A stretch of 64,000 nucleotides of DNA from Podarcis liolepis (taxonomy: Eukaryota): NCBI GenBank assembly GCA_965112155.1, contig OZ218102.1. The stretch is one strand, 5' to 3'. Positions 22,799-34,740 of this stretch are shown piece after piece. A program made the translations under genes and the position numbers. The notes under the pieces are model-generated. The model did not search any database, had not been told where the DNA came from, and saw only the letters and a program-made list of their open reading frames with translations. Each line of letters starts with the position of its first letter. Position 1 is the first letter of the stretch.

Positions 22799-23737
22799 AT
22801 GGAGAAGGCGACCGCCAGCTTCGGGGAGTCGAAGATCGTCCGCCTCGTGCTGCTGAGGCGAAACCGGCTCCGGCGCAAAGGGAGCCTGGCGGCGGCGCTG
22901 GCTCAGAGCATGGCGCTGGCGGTGCTGGGCACGGCAGCCGCCTACCCCATCTGGGTGCTGGTGGAAGACAAGAAGCGGAGGGCGATTGTGCTGGGGGCGT
23001 CCTGGGCGATACGGCAGGACAACCCGGCTCCGGGCACGCCGCTGCTGGGCCCGTCGGGGGGCCCGATCATGCTGGCCATCGCCTGCTGCTGCTTCTTCAG
23101 CGTGGTGACGGGCTCGCTGGCTCTGGCGCTGGACTTCGTCGGCGCGCGCCTGTGCCGCTCGCTGGCGCCCCTCTTGCACTGCGTCACCGCCATGTTGATC
23201 GCATGCACGGCGGCGCTGGGCTCGTGCCTCTTGGCGCTGATCCGCGAGCGGCTGCAAACCCAGCCGGAGCTGCAAGGCTTGTCGGCCAGCCCCGGGCAGA
23301 GCCTCTTCTTGGCTTTCCTGTCGTGCACTTTGGCTTCTACCGCCACCGGGTTCAGCTGCGTGTCGCCGGCCCGGCTGGAGCCGATGCACTCGTCGTGGGA
23401 CGTCGGCGGGGCCAAGTCCTCCTTCCACGGCACGTCCGCCACTTCCCTGCCGCAGCCGCCGCCGGCGCCGCTGCACGACGAATTCCTCCCCTCGGTTCCG
23501 AAGCGCGGCCACGCGGGCAAAGTGCAGTGGCGCGAGTACGTCAACCAGCTGCCGCCCATCTTCCGGGAGGAGCTGAGGAGGAGGCAGCAGCAGCAGCAAG
23601 CTGAGCATGGACACAGCTCAGGGGAGCAGAAGGGCAATGTGGAAGAGGGAGAGCCCTTGTCCGGCGCGCGGGACGCCACACGCCAGGAGACCGTGAAGAA
23701 GGACGAATCGCATGCAGACCCCCTGTTTCTAGGGTGA
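22799..23737 (+). CDS. Intronless TMEM127-like four-TM membrane protein, 312 aa
   Basis: Strong Kozak; high GC3; four hydrophobic segments colinear with TMEM127 ([24 protein letters not shown] vs [46 protein letters not shown] vs [29 protein letters not shown] vs [24 protein letters not shown] vs VSFYLVAGAGGASILAT). Confidence 0.82.
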   Translation: [312 protein letters not shown]

Positions 23738-26272
23738 ACGGCCTCAAGCATCCAAGCCCCGTTTATTGAGGAACCCACATACCACCACAGCGGGAGAATG
23801 AACGCCAACGGGAAAGGGCGACAAGAAAACAGTTGCAAACCACCTGTCGATTTCCTTGAGAAAGATGGAGCAGATGCGAATAAAGGAGCATTTAAAGATG
23901 ACGAGTGATACTAAAACGGGGCTGGTTGGTTAAGAGAGTGACGGCCTTATTTGTTTCGAAGCTGTCATCCCCCTTCCTCTCACTAAAGGAATATCCTTAG
24001 TTTAACCTAGGAAAAAACTTGCATAAAACATTTATTCCCGTATAGGAATCAAACTGTAACCCCAGAAATGAATGATAAAATAACATTGCTTTTTATTTGC
24101 CCCTTACTGTGCACTGAAAAGTCCACCACTTCACCTTGCTACTAGGATTCCTTAATGTTTCAACACAATCTGTTCTCAAACCTGAAACGTGTATGTAAGG
24201 GGGAAACAATATTCAGGACCTCCATATTAGAAACCATCTTCAAAAGCAGGGGATAAGGAACCTATGGGCCACTAGATGTTGGAATCCTAGTCTTAAAAAG
24301 CACAGGTAGCATAACCACTGGTCAAGGATGATAGCTGTAGTCAGACATGTGGAAAACCACACATTCACCCATGCCTTAAAACAAGTGTGGTGATGGATGA
24401 GGAAAATCTCTAGTGAAAATTACAAAGGACAACTAAATGCAAAATTCCCCAAATAAGCCTGTTTTATAAAATGCTGAAAAAGTTTGGACATTTTAAAATG
24501 TTTTGTTTATATTAAGTTTAGTGCAGTTGCTTCAGCTGAACAAGTCTAGATGTGCAAGGGCGTAGCCATTTAAAATGGCAGCCAAACTCTAGATATGCAC
24601 ATGCCAGTTTAACATGCAAATTATATTTTTAGATTAGATTGTGGCTACTGTGCATAATTCCACAGAACCATGTGTAAATTCCATGATGAAGCAATATTAC
24701 TGTATAGTTTAAAACAAAAAAATTGCTAGTTCTTTCCTAACCCTTAATAAAAATCCTTACTTCTCAAATATTATAGCTTGTATGTAAAATTTAGAATAGG
24801 AACAATTGACTGGTCTACAACTTCTTCTAGATAACTACACATTCCAAAGCTTCACTAGTGTAGAGCATTTCCAAGCCATAATAGGAATATATCAAGCTAC
24901 TCTTGATGTCCTTTTAGGCCAAGTTGTTTTCAACCTCTGTATTTCTTGCAATACATTATCCATGGCTGCTTTTGTGCTCAAGCCTTCAATCAATATTCCC
25001 AAATGAAGTTTGTTGCTATCTTTTACTTTCTTCACATTTGCTCCTGGCTATTTTAGCATCCTTGCATACTTTCTACCATAATTGCTCCTTTAATAGAACA
25101 CCACTAAGATGAACAGGATGCTCCACAATTTGCAGTGGAAACAATTCTCTGCAATTCAGTATCTTAAAATCCAGAACTCGTGACATGTAGCTTCAATGCA
25201 TTTAGGACGGTACTGCTCATACCCAACTTCAGAACTGTACTGGTTTTTGAAATGGGTATTTTGAGGAACAATGTTATTTGTGCTTCTCTGTGTATAACTA
25301 GAAACATTTATAAAAGGGTGGCGGTATTCCCCCCCCCCCGCCCCCCCAAACCCTTTTTTCTCTGCTTTCAGAAATTGCTTGTGCCTGAAACTAACTTAGC
25401 AGTGTTTCCCATCTTTTCTTAAGTTACCCAGTACCCAAGGAGTTTGTACATGAAGATTAGCAGGACTCATGCACTTCCCCTCTGCTCCTGTCCCAATTCC
25501 CCTCCCTCTTTTCCTGACTTAAAAAACCATAGCTCGCCACCCAAAGTGACTGTGATTTACCTAAAACTGAAAAAAGGAGAGGGAATTGCCATGCACAGGC
25601 ACATGTGTTGGCATTATGTTTGAACAATGTCAATAAATTATTTCTGGAACCTGCCAACTGCATTAAACACCACCACCAGCACCTGGTCATTCCACAAAGA
25701 ATAGTTTTAAGAAAAACTGAAGCTTAGAGAAAGACATGTCAAATGAGAATTACTATTTGTTATCTTCTGGTAGAAATAACACTTTGAAACCCATACAATT
25801 TTAGTAGTTTCTTATTAATAGGAAAAGTAGATTACAGTATATTGAATTCTGTGGGAAGGGATAGTTGTGAAAGTTCTAGGACAACGGCTATGTATGTGAC
25901 AATGCATTTTTACAATTGATTCAGTAATAAAGGAGTAGAAAGGAGGTTATTTCATTGCAGATGTTTTCCCCTTGTTTAAAATAATTTGTGGAAGGCATGG
26001 TCTCAGGCCTAAAGAGCAAAAGAACATATTGAAACTATGCTGCTGAGTGAATGGGACAGAGGACCTACATTCAAATGTAGTCAATTTGTGTGTGGCAACC
26101 TACAGTTGGTGAAGGCTAAGAGGCATGATTTCAGAAAGGGTGAAAGGGATTATCAAATATAAGCATTATAATTTTGTTCTACTTGCTTAATCAAATAATG
26201 GCACACAAAAGCAGGTTCTGTAAATATTTGTATAGACAAAAATGCATACACCAATGTAACATTGTTGTAAGT

Positions 26273-26285
26273 TTTAATGTTTATT
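26273..26285 (-). terminator. Probable KPNA4 polyadenylation signals (AATAAA then ATTAAA on minus)
   Basis: Minus strand reads aaataaacattaaaac about 1.8 kb after the KPNA4 stop, at the end of an AT-rich, repeat-free 3' UTR. Confidence 0.55.
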
Positions 26286-26488
26286 TTCCCCAAGACAGCC
26301 TAGCCTGCATTCTACTTGGATAAATTTCACAAGCTAGTTTTCTGCTGCATCTAGTTTTTAAACTTTTAACCATGTTTCTGATGACAAGGAATGCTGCAAA
26401 AATACTCTAGTCCAACAAAGAGTTATGATCACAAAATAATCTTTATCCATTCTACTGCGTTTCAGAATTACCAGCTGATTTAAAAAAA

Positions 26489-26641
26489 NNNNNNNNNNNN
26501 NNNNNNNNNNNNNNNNNNNNNNNNNNNNNNNNNNNNNNNNNNNNNNNNNNNNNNNNNNNNNNNNNNNNNNNNNNNNNNNNNNNNNNNNNNNNNNNNNNNN
26601 NNNNNNNNNNNNNNNNNNNNNNNNNNNNNNNNNNNNNNNNN
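26489..26641. other. Assembly gap (153 N) within the KPNA4 3' UTR
   Basis: Run of N following a poly-A run. Confidence 0.99.
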
Positions 26642-28074
26642 TTGCAATGTCACTTTTAATTTAGTGTGCAGAACCTCAAAACTGAGGTATTATTCCAATT
26701 ATAAAAACCACTTGCATTTTGTATGCAAGTTAAGAATACAAAGTTCTCTCTAAAGTGGCTCAAAATAGATTGTTCATGGCTGCCTACATCTAAAGATAAA
26801 AAGTCTAGAACAATTGGACAGATTAGGTGGTATTATTAACGGTGTTCAAACCATGACTTGATTTGTACATCTATTCACATCTCCAATCTTTTCAGCAGTA
26901 CATATGCACCAAATTTTATTTTGAGGTTTCCATATCATTTTCATAGAAAACAAAGTTTGAAAACAAATAACATTGAAACACAGCACGGTATCCTACCACA
27001 ACAGAAACAGCTGGTTACAGGACTCAATAAAATCTAAAAATGAGCTATGCTGTAAATTACCACATGCAAAAATAGCTTTATGTCGTCTCTGAAAATGAAA
27101 AGGATGGTGTTAAACTTGTTTTTTTATTGTTTTCTAGTATTATATGGCAATTTGTTGGAAGAGGGAAACGTTTGTATGAGTTTCATGCAAAAAATCTACA
27201 CAAATTAGTTTTGATGATATGGAAAGCTTTTTTTTTGTAAACAATGAACAGTCATCTGGTGCAAATGCACAGGGAAGCCTTCCTCAAAGTTTTCTGACTT
27301 TACAAGCAACTAGTAATAAGCCATACAGGAAAGGAAATAACTAAAATAAAAGGGGTGGGGAATAAAACAAAACACAGGCTGCAGGAGTAAAACCATAGTC
27401 TGCTGCTAAACCGGTCTCCGTTTTTGTGTCCAGTGTTAACACTTATACACTCCTTTTGATGATTGACTAGGGTTATTATCAGCCCCCTGAAGGCAAATCA
27501 AGCTTGCATGCGTTCACATACAGCATCACAACCATACTCTCGTACACACCCCACTCCAAGACTAGGAGTCTGCTTCATGAGCAAAGAGCCCCAGATTTGA
27601 AACACACACGTGGCCCCACAGCACTGAGTCCAGACATTCACTCAATGTTGTCCATTCACACGGTGCTTCATTAGCAAGACCTGGGCTCATTCTCCTTGGA
27701 CTTATATGGGCATCCTATTCTCCTTTATGCTTACATGGCTTGATGATGGAATAGTACTGCATTTTCCCCCCACAATTGCGCTAATTAAGTCAATGTTCCT
27801 CCTCAGGCACTGAAGATCTTTGACCTGTAGCCCTTTTCCTTTGAACAACCTATATAAGCATTCAGTGTGAAGTTTTTCATTACATTTTGCCACTCACTCT
27901 CACTCGCACCCACTCGCCATCTTGACTTCATTCGGGCTTTTCTGTGATTCCAAATGAAATCTTCACCATTTTCTTCCCCGATTTAATGCAGCAGCGGATC
28001 CCATGAGCCAAGCTTGATGGATCAAACCTTATTTTATTCAGTGCTGCATTGTACCTAACTTCCAAAATACCACT

Positions 28075-28173
28075 CTAGAACTGGAACCCTTCTGCAGGTA
28101 CATTGGCAGATGAATTGAAACCAAATGTTCCACCTTGTATTGCCTCTGGAACAAGGCTTGGATCTTCATCTAT
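28075..28173 (-). CDS. KPNA4: KPNA4 exon 17 (IDEDPSLVPEAIQGGTFGFNSSANVPAEGFQF*)
   Basis: AG acceptor; TAG stop at 28077-28075; importin alpha-3 C-terminus. Confidence 0.96.
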   Translation of the reverse strand: MDEDPSLVPEAIQGGTFGFNSSANVPAEGFQF

Positions 28174-28189
28174 CTGTAAATGAACCACA

Positions 28190-29866
28190 AAGACCAGAAA
28201 TAAGAATCTTCCAGGCTTCCAGTCCCACCTGCCTTAATGGAGGCAGCCCTCACGATAGCAAGTGATCATCACCAAATGAAAAACAAGAATGACAGAGGGC
28301 AAATCATCATTGCAAATTCACCCCAGGGATGGGGGGAACGGGCTTCACTTGCAGTTCGTCTCGGTACTTGGCTCTTGCTCTGGCATGGAATGCGCTGAGT
28401 GCAAAAGCACTTTGCCTGGCGAAAACCCTCCTACGCCGCCATTAAGAAGAGGAGGTTCTCCATTGAATTGGATCCTTAATTGGCTTTAAAGTACTGGCAT
28501 GTGATGGAAAAGGGTTGCAACAACATACTGTGGAATATACCAGCTACATGGGTCAAAGGTTTGAACTGAGATAAGATTTTCTTCGGTGTGGGAGCTGGTT
28601 GGGGAGAGGGAACCCCACAGTTTGTTTATTCTAAGCTTTTATATATTTATGATTCAGCAATAAGATAAAAAGATATTTACAAGTGAGGAAGGGACGTTGG
28701 AGTAATAGTGATATTAACAAGCAAAAATGGAAACAGATTGATCTGAAATGAACGGAGGGGGAGGGGAAGCTCAAGTATGACTATGTTAGAATTATTAAGA
28801 CCAGGGGTCAGCAAATGTTTTCAGCAGGGGGGTGGTGCACTGTCCCTCAGACCTTGTGGAGGGCCGAACTATATTTTTTTTTGGGGGGGGGAGATGAAGG
28901 AATTCCTATGCCCCACAAATAACCCAGAGATGCATTTTAAATAAAATGGCACATTCAACTCATGTAAAAACACGCTGATTCCCGGACCGTCCGCAGGTCA
29001 GATTTAAAGGCGATTGGGCTGGATCTGGCCCCCCGGCCTTAGTTTGCCTACCCATGATTAAGACAGATTAATTCCCCTCAACTCCGTTTAAAAACGACAG
29101 ACAAGGAAAAAGACTGAGATTTTTGCATGCTACTGATGGAATGTAATCTAAGATAAAGTTTAAATGGGCCATAAATCTCTTGCTGGAAGGAAAAGAATTT
29201 GGGGGTTGTGATAAGAACATTGCAGGGATTCTGGGAGTTAGAAAGGAGTATTAAATCTTCAGCACGTTCGAAAACTGCCCACCTTTTCCTAGGCTGAGGG
29301 GAAAATGGCGAAGATCTGCAACATGTTTTACTAGTGAGACAGAATGGTTTCCAGCAGACTGTCGCCAGTTCCAAGACATTGAAGCAAGGGACGGAGAGCT
29401 AAGACCTTTGAGAAACTTTGAGATTCAGTTCCGCCCCAAGCCACAATGGGAAAAAACAACAGCTGGGAAGTGAAAGAGACAACACCATATACGGACAGAA
29501 GGAATCTCCATGGACATAATAGTTTTCACATGCAGGGCAGAATAAATATAAAGTGTGAGTTCCTCACTTGAAGTTTTATATATTTATATATTGTAACATC
29601 ACGAATGGAAATCATTAATTATGTATCTGTTGACTGAGGGATTATTATTATAACCAAAATATAACTGACATTGATTAAGATTATGGAATGCAGTGATACA
29701 AGATCGGAAATGCATCCAAACCACCATGCGGGGAGCCACTTTAACTAAAATGTATTAATTGGAAGTTGATTGGCATTTTCATAATTGTATAATTTGGGAA
29801 TTAATTGTTATTGTTTTAATTTGGCTATTATTGGGGGTATATTGGAAAACTAACAAAAAAAAAAAA
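28190..29866 (+). mobile_element. Probable degenerate poly-A retroelement (L1-like) in KPNA4 intron 16
   Basis: CpG-containing 5' part and purine-rich body ending in ttggaaaactaac(a)n tail; family not firmly identified, boundaries approximate. Confidence 0.35.
28802..29056. mobile_element. hAT (Charlie-like) MITE
   Basis: TIRs caggggtcagcaaa / tttgcctacccatg; perfect 8-bp TSD attaagac. Confidence 0.88.
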
Positions 29867-29950
29867 TCCAATCAAACCAAAGTCCACTACCAGGTTTTTA
29901 ACATTCGGTACTTTACTTCAAAATATTCAGTTTCAGAATTATGTACTTAC

Positions 29951-30045
29951 ATCATCTGAAGAGAAGAACTGATCAATGATCTCATAAGCCAGTTTGTAGA
30001 TGTCTTCATTTTCATGATTTTGTAGTTGTTCAATTTTCTCCAGCC
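29951..30045 (-). CDS. KPNA4: KPNA4 exon 16
   Basis: [31 protein letters not shown]; AG/GT boundaries. Confidence 0.96.
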
Positions 30046-30278
30046 CTGTAAAGTTTAACACAAAAAAGTTGAAGGAATTTTTACAGGACTAGCTGTAAAA
30101 ATGAAAACAAATGATTTTTCAAAACACACTGGTAACCAGAATGTCTACAAATCATATTTCTCCATAGAAACTATGAAAATATTTCCAGATCTGTGACAAA
30201 AATACAAAAACAAAAAACTGAAGGATCACTTTATCAAATCTTAGACCTTGGTATACAAAGGTAAATTGTTAATCGTAC

Positions 30279-30441
30279 CTCCACATTCTTCAATAAGGTT
30301 GGCTATGGTTTCTGCCTCCTCTTCAGCCATTTTTAATATATTACTTAGCCCATCCAACACTACTTGTACAACCTGAGCATCTTTTACTGTTAACAAGTTG
30401 CAAAAGGGAGGAATTACATTTTGTTGAATTAGGTACGCCAC
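30279..30441 (-). CDS. KPNA4: KPNA4 exon 15
   Basis: [54 protein letters not shown]; AG/GT. Confidence 0.96.
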
Positions 30442-31459
30442 CTAAAAAAAGGAATAGAAACAGACATTAAGCCAATTAGGATCAATACAACTTACATAAA
30501 CTGCTTGGAGGTTTATATGATTAAGCCATAAACAAATTATGAAATAATAATAAATATACTAAGAGTATGGAGAAAAAGGAGTTAATTAAAACATTTTCAA
30601 AACTACAGAAATTCAAGTAAAAGGATTCTCACTGTACTCAATAAGCATTATGTCATCTAGTAACTCATAATTGGTTTTGACTTTAAAACCAAACAAATAT
30701 ATTTTTGTTAACTCATATTAAATATGTATTTGATGAATTTGGACATAATCAACTATTGTAAGTTGGTGGATTCTAGCTCCAGATATCGAGGGGGCTTGGC
30801 TTTTAGAACAGAGTATTATGCAAGACTCACCTGTGAGGCTACTGATTTACGTTTTTAAATCTGCAAGGAACACCGAGTGATAGCAAAAGAAACCAAACCA
30901 AACCTTGGATCCAAAGGTGCATTACAGAAGCAAAACTCGACTTCGCTTCATTTTTGCTGCACTCTCCCCTATTTCTCCAGATTCCACATCCCATACTATT
31001 CTGGAAGGTCTCTGTCCCTCAAAAACATCTTTCAGAGGGGTGCAAAGGACTTTAGTGAGAAGGGCAGGCAAACCCTATTGCAGGAGCATCTACTGTGAAA
31101 CAAGCTTCTCTTGAGCATTGAAACACTGGTCTGCGTGAAATTGATCAGAATTGGTTCTAAGTGGATGAACTGATATTTTAAAGGCATATTTTAAAGGCAA
31201 ATAATGAGCACAATGTGGTATAAGGTGGTTCTTGCAAGAGGACCCATCTGTGGCTTTGATCTAGTATAATCCAGTGAAAGTTATACACTTTGAAGTCCCA
31301 TTGAGGTCAAGGGAAGAATTAAGTGTTTGCTTAAAAACTCTCCCACTGAAATCAGTAACACTTCTAAATGCTATTATTTGGTTGAACTGTGCTTCCTGTT
31401 TTGTACGTTCCTTTACTGTTTTAAAACAACAAGTCAGTTCGTCAGACTAGGTTACTTAC

Positions 31460-31531
31460 TTGATCTTTTCTTCCACTGATTGTCAGGTTGCTTATAGCCC
31501 AAGCAGCTTCTTTCTGTGTACCAAAGTCACC
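31460..31531 (-). CDS. KPNA4: KPNA4 exon 14
   Basis: GDFGTQKEAAWAISNLTISGRKDQ; AG/GT. Confidence 0.96.
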
Positions 31532-32309
31532 CTAAAGAGAAGACAGTTGGAGGAATATCTTTATTGTCTACACAGGAGGTGCACTCAGGCAAGTAACATG
31601 AGCTGATTCAGGCACCAGTCTTGTGACCACAGAAGAAAAACAGTGGATGAGCAGAGCCTCTGTATCCCAAAGCTAAGACATATCCCAAAGCTAAGAGAAC
31701 TGGTTTTAGGACGCCAGCATCTGAGGTGTAAGTCAGCCACAGCAGGAAGAGCTGGGACCCTTCAGATGTTTTTGAACTGCAGCTTCCAAAATCCCTGATG
31801 GTTGGCCATGCTGGCTGTTGCTGATGAAGCTGGGTGTACGCACCAAGGACTGAAGAGATGTTACCTGACCTAACATCTAAAACAAGGACCTAGGCACAGC
31901 TTACCTGCTGCCTATCAAATGGGAGTACAGGGAGAAGAGGAAAGTACTGAAGAAAATATCTATGACTGGAAGAAGCCCAGCAGAGGAAAAAGTGATGGAT
32001 GGGTGGAGATCTTCAGGAGAGGATTGGTGGGCATAGGAATAAAGTTGAGCACCTCCTATCCAACCTGAAGGCCTCTGCTGCTTTAATTACTTTGAATTAC
32101 TCATACTGTGGGTCTCTTAGGGACAGGCACCTGTCTAGATGGAAAAACCAGCTTACTGGGAAGAGTGGCCTAGAACCCTTCATCAGGCATACGTACCCAA
32201 CCATCATACATACCCAACCAGCACATTTTATGTTCCACGGCTGTTTCAGTACAACACACACACACAGAGAACAATACAAAAGCTTAGCAAAAGATTGGTT
32301 TTGTCTAAC

Positions 32310-32414
32310 CTTATCTAAAAGGTGTATTATCATTGGCACAAGGTTAGCATCTATCACCGCCTGGACTTGCTGCTGATTTCCTGCAGTGATGTTAGATAGG
32401 AACCAAACAGCTTC
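32310..32414 (-). CDS. KPNA4: KPNA4 exon 13
   Basis: [35 protein letters not shown]; AG/GT. Confidence 0.96.
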
Positions 32415-33304
32415 CTGCAACAACAACAAAACTGTGATTTAAAGAATATCGACAAGAAATACTTTGAATAACGAAAGTATTAATCCATCTCTGTAGAGCT
32501 AGACTTATTTTAAAGGCGCAATACAAGCACAACTGAGAACTATTTAAATTTGATTAACAACACTCAGGCAGTGGAATTCTTCATCAGCTACAGCTACTGG
32601 GCTGTCTTCAAAAGCAGCATGATGCAGCCTGCATTGCAATAGCTTATACAGAAGTTTATTAGAGCACGGATAATGGAGGACAAGTTGTTTCACTCCAGGA
32701 ATAGCTGTAGCTAGAAAACTAGTTGGAGTAGGGCATAGTGGCTTCTTGGCACTGAAGCTACCTGGTCCAACAGTGACAGCTTGGAATTGAAGAGCCCTCT
32801 CAAACTATGAACCTGCTCCTTCAGAGGGAGTGTCTCTTACCGGGATTCAGTTTCAAGTAACAATACCCAAGGATAGCATGTCTTTTAAAAAAATTGGCTT
32901 TAACACTACTGCAGTTTAGAAGAAAGATCAGTATTAGATGGAACAGTTTGTAGTATAACAGGTGCCAGCTGTAGCACTATGTTTATCTATATGTTGACAA
33001 TTTTATCTATACTTGTTTAACAGTTTGGTGGATTTTACCTGCATTTTATTCAGAATTTTATTATGTACTTTATATATTAGAGAGTTCTGTGGTTAAGTGG
33101 TCTATAAACCTTACTATTTTTTTAAAAAAAACTACCTATAGAAGCATAAATGAAGTTGCTACTAGTGCAAATATTTTTTGATAAATGTAGAACCCAAAGA
33201 ATGTGCAATTTTTGTTTCCCATTTAAATCTGGCTTATTCTCGAGTATGGGAAAAATGATGATTTCCTAATCTAAATCATATGTTTTAGGTGTCATTAAAC
33301 TGAA

Positions 33305-33617
33305 CTCTTGGATCAGATCACATTCCTTTTGCCTAACAAAAGGAACCTGTTAGAGGTTTAAAATGTCTAGATGCAAACTGCGAGCTTATTTTGGGCTCTA
33401 ATCACTGGCAATGTTGCAGTAAACCCAGATGATTTAGCAACAAGGCCTCAGATGCACTGCGAAATCAACAGCTTCTTTATCAGTGCCCACAGTTTACATC
33501 ACTATATAACTTTTACACAACCAACCCCTTTTACCTCAGACTAAAATTTTCCCCCCCTTCCCTAATGTACACACCCCTTACTATTCCCTATTACCTCCAT
33601 TTCATCATTTCCAAGAG
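33305..33617 (-). ncRNA. SCARNA7: Box C/D small Cajal body RNA SCARNA7 (U90) in KPNA4 intron 12
   Basis: Terminal stem CTCTTGGA/TCCAAGAG; box C ATGATGA (33608-33602); box D CTGA (33316-33313); about 313 nt; 5' end TGGAAATGATGAAAT resembles mammalian U90, whose known host gene is KPNA4. Confidence 0.85.
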
Positions 33618-34593
33618 TCAGTTTATAATTCAGGTGTAGGCAAAAGACAGACTGGAGAAACACTGACCAATTTTTGATGAGCTACCTTATATTTAAAGGC
33701 CACCAATTGCTAGGATATTATTTGTAATATTTATTTTAGGTCCTGCTCTTCATTATAACTGATCTTAGGCCAGGGTACAATAAAAATTCCATTTAAAAAT
33801 ATAACCATAACCAAGAACAATGCTGTACTAGAAAGGGTTATATCTGATGCACCACGATACATTTTATGTTTTGTGCTTTCATATGAAAGCAGGATTCTGC
33901 ATGTTAAACAGGGGAAAAAAACATTATTCAGTGCCACTGTGAGACGGGAAAGCAAAAATAATGGACTGAATGACCACCTCAAAGTGTCCAGTTATAGGAG
34001 TTTGCTACATTATTCAGAAAGTTTTCTTGAAATTTAGAAAACTACTTGTGGGATTGCCTTACCTTGTAAGTGCCCACTTGAATGCTTTGATCTGTGAAAC
34101 TGACACTGTTACATAATACTTCCTACACAGCTGTAATAAATCAATCTTTCAGTGTTGCAGCACATTGGAACTCCCTGTCTATACTCCTCAGGCAGACATT
34201 TCCGTTGTACTCTTTCCAATGACCGTTTAAAGCTTTTTTGTTTAGGCAAACCTATCCAGACTTGTAGATGCTGATGTGCTGCATTCTTTTTTACTGTTGA
34301 TTTTAATTATCTTTAAAAAATTTAAACTGCTTTTATTTATAATTTTGTATTACCTGTAAATTGCTTACAGAGATTTTACTACAATCAAGCAGTATAATTT
34401 TTGTGAAACAAACAAACAAACAAATAAATAAATATGCTCCTTGCAAAGGAATTGCTACATTACAATTTCTTCAAAAGTCAGAACAACCTTTCAAGTAAAG
34501 AGATTGACGATTATCCTGTACTTTTGTTTGAGAGATATGTCACACAGTCCCCTGGTATCAATTCTCATGCATTCAGCGTCATGCCCATTTTCA

Positions 34594-34740
<147 letters not shown>

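Noticed and set aside
22523-23838. Long minus-strand ORFs (363 aa and 298 aa) and an alternative + ORF (150 aa)
   Set aside because: Shadow frames of the GC-rich TMEM127-like CDS; Arg/Gly/Ala-rich with no recognisable domain
32170-32270. TGATGA plus a GT-rich stretch on minus in KPNA4 intron 13 as a second sno/scaRNA
   Set aside because: No terminal stem or suitably placed box D found; the real SCARNA7 is at 33305-33617
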